DNA of 64,000 bases. It comes from an uncultured Christensenella sp. Lineage in GTDB: Bacteria; Bacillota; Clostridia; Christensenellales; UBA3700. The notes under the pieces were generated by a model. The model made no database searches. It was given only the letters and a program-made list of their open reading frames with translations, and was not told the origin of the DNA. The translations under genes were made by a program, and so were the position numbers. This document shows positions 54,551 to 62,087 of this stretch, piece by piece (position 1 is the first letter of the stretch; each line of letters opens with the position of its first letter). The DNA is taken from NCBI GenBank assembly GCA_910578245.1, contig CAJTPC010000002.1:44144-108143 (forward strand). Reading direction: 5' to 3'.

Positions 54551-55639
54551 TTACAATGCATATTTTGTTAAAAGTTCTACCCACTTAGCTTTATGAATTC
54601 GTTGTAATTCTCTATCTTCCATAACTGATTTTGAATATGTCTTTATAAAATCATCTAAGTTAGTAATTAATCTAAGATAATATTTTATAGTTGGAATCAA
54701 TCCGTTTATTATAATTTGACATCCGTGTTCATTTAACACTTTTAGAACAATTTCATTAATTTCATCTTTATCATTATCTTCTATACCAAAAACTGATAGT
54801 ATATAATATCTTTGCGGATTCCAAGCATATATCTTTGACTCAGCGACCCGCAAAATTTGAGAAGATATCTTTTTATCAAGTTTAATTTCAATAGATTCAA
54901 ATACCTTACCTTCTCTAAAGATTTCAATATCTCCTGAGGCTTTATTGGTTTTATCACAGGCTGTAAGGCTAGAAAGAGGAGCTAGATAGCAATTATCATA
55001 TCTCTTGAGTTCATTAATTAATGAAAGATAAATTGAATGAAACGCTAAAACAGGAAGCTTTGCTCCATTATGCGTGCCATATTTTGTGAGAAAATGTTCA
55101 GTTAATGCATTTACAATTTTTTCAATAGTTAAATTTTCAGGATTTTCCAAAGGATTAATAGTTATTGTGTTTTCTCTTGCTATTTTGTCAACGGTATTTA
55201 ATAACAGCCTCAACATATTTAACGCTTTATCAGGATTCTTTTGTACATAATCAAGAGTTTGTAAAAAATCGTTTTTAAGTGTTCCTATTGCTCCATTATA
55301 ATTAAAATCATAAGGATAAGGCTGCTCTAAACTTCGTGTCAACCAACCACTTTCAGCCATTGCTGGTAATCCTAATTTCTTTAATATAGGTGTTACATTA
55401 ATAGTATCAAAACTTCTTCCACTAAACCCATTTTCAAATCTATCCTGATGCAACCTTACATCTTGTTCAGGATGCAAATGCTTATAATATAACAGTGTTG
55501 TTAATACTGTATAGAGACCTTTTTTCTTATCACAATTTATACCTATATTCGTTATGTATTTAGTAATATCTTGAGGAATATTACTAATATCAGCAATATC
55601 TAAAGAATTATTATAAATTTCTTTTAATTTATTATTCAT
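54551..55639 (-). CDS. putative type II restriction endonuclease (partner of the C5 methyltransferase)
   Basis: Assigned by context only: 8-nt overlap with the upstream C5-MTase gene, same strand, own terminator. I cannot place the 362-aa sequence in a named REase family. Confidence 0.5.
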   Translation of the reverse strand: MNNKLKEIYNNSLDIADISNIPQDITKYITNIGINCDKKKGLYTVLTTLLYYKHLHPEQDVRLHQDRFENGFSGRSFDTINVTPILKKLGLPAMAESGWLTRSLEQPYPYDFNYNGAIGTLKNDFLQTLDYVQKNPDKALNMLRLLLNTVDKIARENTITINPLENPENLTIEKIVNALTEHFLTKYGTHNGAKLPVLAFHSIYLSLINELKRYDNCYLAPLSSLTACDKTNKASGDIEIFREGKVFESIEIKLDKKISSQILRVAESKIYAWNPQRYYILSVFGIEDNDKDEINEIVLKVLNEHGCQIIINGLIPTIKYYLRLITNLDDFIKTYSKSVMEDRELQRIHKAKWVELLTKYAL

Positions 55640-56687
55640 TGTTATCTCCTTTGAAAAATTGATTAACTATTTCAGTGGCTATTGCACTAATCATATTTAC
55701 ACAAATGCTATTGCCAATTCTAGCATATAATTGAGCTGTTCCGCCAATTTTTTTAAAATCTTCAGGGAATCCCATAAACCTATAACATTCTTTTATAGTT
55801 AATTTACGGACAATATCATCTACCTTTATGAAATATCTTCCACTAGATTCTTGAGATGCTAGTGTTGGATGTATACCCTTTGAATCATATATTCTATTTG
55901 GCTGTTTATGGACTCTTGATAAATACTCAGTTCCGGGACGAACACCAGCTGATCTTATTTTTTTATTTCGATAACCACAAAATATTAAACCCGACTTTTC
56001 TTGTCTTTTTATTTTTTCTTGCGGTAAGAGAATATATGATTCTTTAGGTAAAATTTCATAATCACCATTCTTATCAAGGAACTCTACCATACTTATAACA
56101 GGATTAGTCTTAACTTTTGAAAAATCAAATATTTTTCCCATTAAATTTCCTACTATAACGATCCGTTCTCTATTTTGAGGGACTCCAAAGTCTTTTGCAT
56201 TTAATATTTTGTAGTTAATTGAATATCCAAGATTACTTAATGACTCTATCATAATCTTTAATGTGCGACCTTTATCGTGTTTTTCTAAATTAAAAACATT
56301 TTCTAACACAATAACACTAGGCTTTTTCTTCTCAAGTATCCTACATATATCAAAAAACAATGTCCCTCTTGTCTTATCTTTAAATCCTAATTGTTTACCA
56401 CAAATAGAAAACGCTTGACAAGGAAAGCCAGCACACAAGATATCAAAATCAGGAATGTCTTTGGGGTCAAGAGTTGTTATATCACAATATGGGTCATCTC
56501 CAAAATTTAGTCTATACATAGAGCAAGCGTGGTCATCTATTTCGGAACTAAAAACACAGGAGCATCCAACACTCTCAAAGCCAAGTCTAAAACCTCCGAT
56601 ACCAGCAAATAAATCAATAAACCTAATCCCTTCCACATCGGTTTTGTTATGGTTATTATCAAATATGCTTAGTTGTTTTTTAACCAT
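55632..56687 (-). CDS. DNA (cytosine-5)-methyltransferase
   Basis: Motif I FIDLFAGIGGFRLGF, IV GFPCQAFS, VI LENV, VIII QNRERIVIVG, X IGNSICVNM. Overall HhaI-like layout. Confidence 0.92.
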   Translation of the reverse strand: MVKKQLSIFDNNHNKTDVEGIRFIDLFAGIGGFRLGFESVGCSCVFSSEIDDHACSMYRLNFGDDPYCDITTLDPKDIPDFDILCAGFPCQAFSICGKQLGFKDKTRGTLFFDICRILEKKKPSVIVLENVFNLEKHDKGRTLKIMIESLSNLGYSINYKILNAKDFGVPQNRERIVIVGNLMGKIFDFSKVKTNPVISMVEFLDKNGDYEILPKESYILLPQEKIKRQEKSGLIFCGYRNKKIRSAGVRPGTEYLSRVHKQPNRIYDSKGIHPTLASQESSGRYFIKVDDIVRKLTIKECYRFMGFPEDFKKIGGTAQLYARIGNSICVNMISAIATEIVNQFFKGDNNE

Positions 56688-56960
56688 TTAATAAAACTCC
56701 ATATATTTTTACAAGTTCATTATAACATATAACAACAAAATTTTGGCTATTAAAATAAAAAAATATTAATTTTTTTATTTTGGCATATAGACGTATGCTT
56801 GATTAATACAAGTGGTGTCGCTTCGCTCCACCAACCAAGCACACGCCTATATAACTAAACTAAATAAGACTTTCACAAAAGAAAGTAAGAACGAAAAGAA
56901 ATAATTGCAACTGAACTGATCACAGAATATGTAAACCAGCAATTTGAAAAAAAGCAAGAA

Positions 56961-57188
56961 ATGAAATTGAGAGAAAAGAGATTGTATAGAAAAGTATATT
57001 TGCAAGCACTAAAACTTGAGCCAAAACTTTTAATTGACTATCTTATAAAAGAAATAAGACTTTATGATGATAAAATGGAAATAACTTTTAATAGCCCAAT
57101 AAAAATAAGTCCTGACAAAAATCAGGGCTTTTTTATTGTAGAAGATTCAACGAATAATTCAAAATATAATCGAACCAAGATATGTTGA
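56961..57188 (+). pseudogene. C-terminal remnant of a large serine recombinase
   Basis: LLIDYLIKEIRLYDDKMEITFNSPIKI resembles the extreme C-terminus of large serine recombinases. No catalytic N-terminal domain is encoded upstream. Confidence 0.4.
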
Positions 57189-57301
57189 CATTAAGGTTGA
57201 CTATGTTTAAATCGTGGATAATTTATTCCACGGTGGTCTTGACACAGGGCTTAGAATGATAAATCATACAATTAAGACAAAAAAACAAGCATTATGCTAT
57301 G

Positions 57302-57331
57302 AAAGCGAAAATATTTTCGCTTTTTTCTTTT
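57302..57331 (+). terminator. rho-independent terminator (plus strand)
   Basis: AAAGCGAAAAT/ATTTTCGCTTT followed by TTTCTTTTT. Confidence 0.55.
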
Positions 57332-57400
57332 TGTCATTTGTCTATTATGTTAAATTCTCAAGCCCTGAGTAAAAAACCTTTCGCGGCATAAAGTAGCCAC

Positions 57401-58084
57401 TTAAAATTTCTTTAATGTAACCCAAAAGTTCGCTCCATATAATACATTCATTTTTATACAAGAATCTTGCCTATTCTGCAAACCTTCATAAAAATTTAAG
57501 CCACAATTAACAATCACTCCATATTCATTAGGATTGTTTATCATTTTTATATCTTCAATATCATTGAATGTTTTATACTTTTCTCCAGCAACTTCTTTTA
57601 AAGTTTTAGTAAAATTTGGAAATAATTTTTCCTGTAATTCTATTTCCTTTTCTGGTGTGATACAATTCATAAACCTATATAAATCTCTATCATACGGGAC
57701 ATAATCAATAGTAATAACACTTGGAATATTATTTTTACACAAATCTTTACAATGTTCTAACCTTTCTTTTAGTGTTAAAATCAACTCTTCAAATTCTAGT
57801 TCGGAAGGAATATAGTCGTCATCTTTGTGGGCATAATTTTTATCAACTTCGTGTAAAGTTCTTTCTAGTATATTATCGGTTCTACATAATTCTTTTTGAA
57901 CTGTCTATTTTATTGACTTATCATATACAACTCTTATTTTAATATAAAAATCCCTTAACCTAGAATCTAAAATATTTCTTAAGTTTAGATTAGATATTTT
58001 CCTTACATTCTCTGAAATAAACATAATGCTGTCTATATCTTTTTTACAATCTATGAAATATTTGACAATTTCCCAGCTTGTCAT
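57401..58084 (-). pseudogene. 228-codon hypothetical gene interrupted by a single in-frame TAG (codon 60)
   Basis: ATG at 58084 follows an AGGAG SD. The same frame is continuous to the stop at 57401 except for TAG at 57905-57907. The ORF-track 57401..57784 is only the distal part. Confidence 0.55.
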
Positions 58085-58161
58085 AATTTTCTCCTATGTG
58101 TATACTATAACAAAAATAAAACCTAAACCAAACTTTTGGGGTGTTCGATTTAGGTTTTGAT

Positions 58162-58252
58162 TGGCGGAAGCGGAGGGATTCGAACCCTCGAGCCGATTGC
58201 TCGGCTACTTGATTTCGAGTCAAGCCCGTTATGACCACTTCGATACGCTTCC
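58162..58252 (-). tRNA. tRNA-Ser (anticodon CGA), long variable arm, CCA encoded
   Basis: GGAAGCGTATCGAAGTGGTCATAACGGGCTTGACTCGAAATCAAGTAGCCGAGCAATCGGCTCGAGGGTTCGAATCCCTCCGCTTCCGCCA. Anticodon stem CTTGA/TCAAG, loop CTCGAAA. Confidence 0.85.
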
Positions 58253-58256
58253 GTAT

Positions 58257-58284
58257 GAAAGCCCCGAAATTTTTCGGGGCTTTT
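58257..58284. terminator. hairpin terminator/processing element between rpsI and tRNA-Ser
   Basis: AAAGCCCCGAAA/TTTCGGGGCTTT perfect stem, flanked by an A-run and a T-run. Confidence 0.6.
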
Positions 58285-58300
58285 AGATCGTTGATGTTGA

Positions 58301-58714
58301 TTATCTCTTTGAGAATTGCGGAGCTCTTCTTGCTTTCTTAAGACCGTATTTCTTTCTTTCTTTTGCTCTTGGATCTCTTGTCAAGAAACCAGCCTTTTTC
58401 AAAGACGCCTTTGTTTCTTCATCTGCGAGAACCAATGCTCTTGAGATACCGTGTCTGATTGCGCCTGCTTGACCTGTAAAACCACCGCCGTGTACGTTGA
58501 CGATAACATCATACTTAGCAGTGCTACCTGTCAATTCAAGCGGTTGACGAACGATAAGTTTAAGAGTGTCAAGACCGAAGTATTCGTCAATACTTCTCTT
58601 GTTGATGGTGATTGCGCCGTTGCCGTCAGGAATAAGTCTAACTCTTGCGATAGCTTTCTTTCTTCTACCAGTTCCCCAGAACTGAACTTTTTTCTTAGTC
58701 TTCTTCGTAGCCAT
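58301..58714 (-). CDS. rpsI: 30S ribosomal protein S9
   Basis: GTGRRK.AIARV...[16 protein letters not shown]...[22 protein letters not shown]. Confidence 0.95.
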   Translation of the reverse strand: MATKKTKKKVQFWGTGRRKKAIARVRLIPDGNGAITINKRSIDEYFGLDTLKLIVRQPLELTGSTAKYDVIVNVHGGGFTGQAGAIRHGISRALVLADEETKASLKKAGFLTRDPRAKERKKYGLKKARRAPQFSKR

Positions 58715-58731
58715 TTGTCATTACTCCTTGA

Positions 58732-59163
58732 TTAAAATTTCAAATCTTCGGGCTTTTGAGCCTGTTGGTTGTGCTCAGCGCCTGCATAGCAACGCAACTT
58801 AGTAAGTTGCTTTCTTCCAAGCGAATTTTTGGGGAGCATTCCCTTTACGGCGAGCATAACTGCTCTTTCCGGCTTTTCTGCCATTAACTTCTTGTATTGA
58901 ATCTCTTTAAGACCGCCGATATAACCGGAGTGGTGAATATGCACCTTCTTCTCCAATTTCTTACCGGTCAATCTAACGTTGGCGCAGTTGACGATGATAA
59001 CGTGATCACCGCAATCTACGTTGGGCGTATAAATAGGCTTATTCTTACCTCTGAGAACGTTGGCAACGTTGCTTGCAAGTCTACCGAGTACCATATCGGT
59101 AGCGTCAACGACGTACCACTTTTCCTTAACGTCTTCAGGTTTTGCCATATATGTCTTATTCAC
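58732..59163 (-). CDS. rplM: 50S ribosomal protein L13
   Basis: KWYVVDA...LGRLAS.VA..LRGK.KP.YTP..D.GD.VI..N...TG.K...K.Y..HSGY.GG. Confidence 0.95.
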   Translation of the reverse strand: MNKTYMAKPEDVKEKWYVVDATDMVLGRLASNVANVLRGKNKPIYTPNVDCGDHVIIVNCANVRLTGKKLEKKVHIHHSGYIGGLKEIQYKKLMAEKPERAVMLAVKGMLPKNSLGRKQLTKLRCYAGAEHNQQAQKPEDLKF

Positions 59164-59403
59164 GGATAAAACCCTCCATTGTAATTGTTAATTATTGTTT
59201 GGTTGTCACGTATCTGAGGGGCTAGTTCTTCAACATAACATCTTTACCAAGTAATTTTAATAAAAAACTACATAAATGTCAAATCATTTTTAAGGATTTT
59301 TTACAGTTTTTTGATATTTTTCAAAAATATTTCACAAATACGCTTATTAAAACTTAACGTATGAATATTTAGATAAGTTCTATTGGTATTTGTCAGTTAC
59401 GCT

Positions 59404-60423
59404 TTACCAAATAAAATCTTTAGCTACTATCCAAGCAAAATACCCAGCGTACATTACAAGCATAGTTATACCGCCTGCGCGTTTGAGCTTTTTTTCCTTG
59501 GTAAGAAGAATACAAAGGAAAAGAACTACCGCAACTACTATAGCCATGATATTGTCTATCATAAAGCCGGTTATCCAATTAGTATCGTATGCGATTGAAG
59601 AAATCAGCGACGACGTGCCGAGCACGAACAAGATATTGAATATATTGCTACCTACGATATTACCTATTGCTAAGTCCGCTTCGCCCTTTCTAGCCGCAGT
59701 CATTGAGGTAACAAGTTCCGGCAACGACGTACCGAACGCAACTATCGTCAAACCTATAAGGCTCTCTGACATACCAAATCCGGAAGCTATCGTCTGCGCT
59801 CCGTTGACTATGGCTTGCGAGCCGAGAATTACAAGAGCGATGCCCACGGCAAGTTTGCCAAGCATCTTTGCAATCTCTATACTTTTCTTTTGATGTTTCG
59901 CTTCCTCTTGATCTATCTCTTTCTCACTCTCTTGCAAATCTGCAATAGCCGACTTATCTTTCTTGGAAAGAATAATGAGATATACAAAAAACGCTATAAA
60001 GAATAACCACAAAATCAAGCCGTCTATCCAGCCTAATTGCTTACCTATTACGCCCAAAATCATTAGAACGGAAGAAATCACTATTACGAAAGGTATCTCG
60101 ATATAAAGCGTGCTTTTCTTAACTGCAAGCGGTGTAAACAGCGCGCATAGTCCAAGAATAAGGAAAATATTCAGAACATTGGAGCCAAGTACGTTGCCAA
60201 TGGCAAGTCCTGCGCTTTCCTTTACGGCAGACGTAATACTTATTGCGGCTTCTGGAGCGCTCGTACCGAACGCAACAATCGTTAAACCAATGACAATTTG
60301 AGGTATGCCGAATTTTTTTGCAATCATAGACGCTCCGTCTACAAACCAATCTGCGCCCTTAATAAGCATAACAAATCCCACTATCAGTAATGATGCTTGC
60401 GCCGCAATGCTCCAAAAATCCAT
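59404..60423 (-). CDS. Ca2+/Na+ antiporter (CaCA/YrbG family)
   Basis: Duplicated alpha-repeats GTSAPEAAISITS and GTSLPELVTSMTA, each followed by GN.VGSN.FNI. Confidence 0.85.
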   Translation of the reverse strand: MDFWSIAAQASLLIVGFVMLIKGADWFVDGASMIAKKFGIPQIVIGLTIVAFGTSAPEAAISITSAVKESAGLAIGNVLGSNVLNIFLILGLCALFTPLAVKKSTLYIEIPFVIVISSVLMILGVIGKQLGWIDGLILWLFFIAFFVYLIILSKKDKSAIADLQESEKEIDQEEAKHQKKSIEIAKMLGKLAVGIALVILGSQAIVNGAQTIASGFGMSESLIGLTIVAFGTSLPELVTSMTAARKGEADLAIGNIVGSNIFNILFVLGTSSLISSIAYDTNWITGFMIDNIMAIVVAVVLFLCILLTKEKKLKRAGGITMLVMYAGYFAWIVAKDFIW

Positions 60424-60656
60424 AAATACCTCCGATACTGTTTTACCCTATCATATTTATTATATTATATCAGCAAGATTTTTAAGATGCATTTTTTTGT
60501 AAGTTCTACCATAATTATGTAGATTCTACACGATTATTTGATTTAATCTAAAAATTACATCGCAAAATTATATTTTGTTATAGGCTTATGCGCCTTTACC
60601 ATTATAATTCGCAAATACGCAAAGTAAACTTTCCACTTTTTTCACACTTGCTAAAT

Positions 60657-60686
60657 GAAAAAAGGACGTGAGATATACCCACGCCC
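60657..60686 (-). terminator. rho-independent terminator after rubrerythrin
   Basis: GGGCGUGGG-uauau-CUCACGUCC (with G-U pairs) followed by UUUUUU on the minus strand. Confidence 0.65.
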
Positions 60687-60740
60687 ATTTTGTTTTTAAT
60701 CGGTTAAGACCCTTCGACAACGCTCAGGGTGACATAAATA

Positions 60741-61283
60741 CTATTTGAAATACTTCTCATACAAGCCTTTGAAACCGCAACCGTGTCTAGCCTCGTCCTT
60801 AGCCATTTCGTGAACGGTGTCGTGTACGTCGTCATAACCAAGTTGCTTTGCGAGTTTAGCAAGTTCCAACTTACCTGCGCAAGCGCCGTTCTCTGCTTCC
60901 ATACGCATCTTGACGTTTTTAGCGGTGCTATTCGTCAAAACGTCGCCTAGAAGTTCTGCAAACTTAGAAGCGTGCTCTGCTTCTTCAAAAGCGTATCTCT
61001 TGAAAGCCTCCGCAACGTCCGGATATCCTTCTCTGTCTGCCTGTCTTGACATTGCCAAGTACATACCTACTTCCGCGCACTCGCCGTTGAAATTGTCAAT
61101 CAAACCTTTGACAACCTCTTTGTCATAGCCCTTTGCGCTACCTACGATGTGCTCGCAAGCCCAAGCCAATTCGCCTTCTGACTTCTTAAATTTTTCGCCA
61201 CTTGCCTTGCATTGTGGACACTTGTCGGGAGCGCTATCTCCCTCATGAACGTAACCGCACACTGTGCATACGTATTTTGCCAT
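60741..61283 (-). CDS. rbr: reverse rubrerythrin (N-terminal rubredoxin-like domain plus ferritin-like diiron domain)
   Basis: N-terminal [12 protein letters not shown]...CPQCKA, then ExxH diiron motifs (EEAEHA, DEARHG). Confidence 0.85.
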   Translation of the reverse strand: MAKYVCTVCGYVHEGDSAPDKCPQCKASGEKFKKSEGELAWACEHIVGSAKGYDKEVVKGLIDNFNGECAEVGMYLAMSRQADREGYPDVAEAFKRYAFEEAEHASKFAELLGDVLTNSTAKNVKMRMEAENGACAGKLELAKLAKQLGYDDVHDTVHEMAKDEARHGCGFKGLYEKYFK

Positions 61284-61344
61284 AATAAATTACCTCCGTT
61301 TAATATATGTTTTACTTATTATTTCGGCATTAGCCGTGAATAGC

Positions 61345-61761
61345 TCATTTGCGTCTGCAATCTTCGCAAGTATTGTAAAAACTCAAAGCGTATCTTGACA
61401 ATTCCATACCGTCGCAACATTCGTCAAGCATACCTTTCAACTTTTGCGGATAGGGCATATCTATTATCTTTCCGCACTTGTCGCATATCACGTGACAATG
61501 CGTATCAAGTTCGACGTCGTATCTCTCCTTTTCGCCTGCGCCTATTACCCTGCCTAATACGCCTTGTTTCTCAAGATACGCAAGATTTCGATAAACGGTC
61601 GCTATTGATATATTGGGGATAATCTTGCGACATTCCTCGTATATCATATCCGCTGACGGATGACACCTCATATTTTGTATTACCTCAAGCACTGCTTGTC
61701 GGCGCGAAGAAAAATTTGTCATTTGCAAATTAATATTATCACTAAAATCTAATATTGTCAA
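61345..61761 (-). CDS. Fur-family transcriptional regulator (PerR-like by context)
   Basis: RRQAVLEVI...HPSADMIYEE......ISIATVYRNL..LEKQG.L, then H.H..C..CGK and C..C. Start ambiguous (TTG at 61761 or ATG at 61722). Immediately upstream of rubrerythrin. Confidence 0.85.
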   Translation of the reverse strand: MTILDFSDNINLQMTNFSSRRQAVLEVIQNMRCHPSADMIYEECRKIIPNISIATVYRNLAYLEKQGVLGRVIGAGEKERYDVELDTHCHVICDKCGKIIDMPYPQKLKGMLDECCDGMELSRYALSFYNTCEDCRRK

Positions 61762-61772
61762 TAAAAAATAAT

Positions 61773-61785
61773 AATGATTATCATT
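61773..61785. promoter_or_regulatory. Fur/PerR-box-like palindrome AATGAT-T-ATCATT upstream of the Fur-family gene
   Basis: Perfect 6-1-6 palindrome inside ataATAATGATTATCATTtta, close to the 7-1-7 Fur/PerR box consensus. Confidence 0.5.
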
Positions 61786-61810
61786 TTAGTTTTTAACAAA
61801 TTAAATAGTA

Positions 61811-61846
61811 GCAAATACCCGCAGTGAAATCACTGCGGGTATTTGC
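61811..61846 (-). terminator. long-stem terminator after the feo operon
   Basis: 17-bp perfect inverted repeat GCAAATACCCGCAGTGA / TCACTGCGGGTATTTGC, 32 nt after the stop at 61878, followed by a T-rich tail on the minus strand. Confidence 0.65.
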
Positions 61847-61877
61847 TAAACGTAAACATATATGGAGGTAATTCTCT

Positions 61878-62087
61878 TCACTTTAATTTGTTGTTTTGAT
61901 TTTTATTTGCCGACGGACATGCTCCGCACCCGGAACAATTTCCGCAGTCGCAACCGCAACCGCATTTCCCATGCTTTTTTGCCCATATCTTATAACCTAT
62001 ATAACTGCCGAATCCGCCGACCAATATCACGGCAATTACTACTCCTACTACGATTTCCGCAACTCCAGCGCAAAGTAAACTAATCAT
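61878..62087 (-). CDS. FeoB-associated Cys-rich membrane protein
   Basis: One TM helix followed by GKCGCGCDCGNCSGCGAC. 4-nt overlap with feoB. Confidence 0.8.
   Translation of the reverse strand: MISLLCAGVAEIVVGVVIAVILVGGFGSYIGYKIWAKKHGKCGCGCDCGNCSGCGACPSANKNQNNKLK

Larger units (their letters stand above)
54519..58161. mobile_element. decayed genomic islet (R-M system, recombinase stub, amber-interrupted ORF) abutting the 3' end of tRNA-Ser
   Basis: Visibly lower GC than flanks. Bounded by tRNA-Ser (3' end at 58162) and a degenerate copy of the tRNA 3' end (54519-54548). Contains a serine-recombinase C-terminal remnant. Confidence 0.5.

Noticed and set aside
57905-57907. In-frame TAG considered as pyrrolysine or programmed recoding
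   Set aside because: There are no pyl genes or recoding signals in the window, and TAG is not otherwise seen in-frame in the genes examined. A nonsense mutation is the simpler explanation.
58044-58238. 64-aa minus-strand ORF overlapping tRNA-Ser
   Set aside because: It overlaps a well-folding tRNA gene and the upstream SD-led gene start. It is a spurious translation of tRNA sequence.
59164-59403. Searched the rplM upstream region for an L13 ribosomal-protein leader structure
   Set aside because: The region is AT-rich with only a weak GC patch (59205-59225). I could not fold a convincing conserved structure by hand.
60424-60656. 230-nt region upstream of the CaCA antiporter, checked for a yybP-ykoY (Mn) or other cation riboswitch
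   Set aside because: The sequence is very AT-rich, has no extended helices, and lacks the conserved riboswitch cores.
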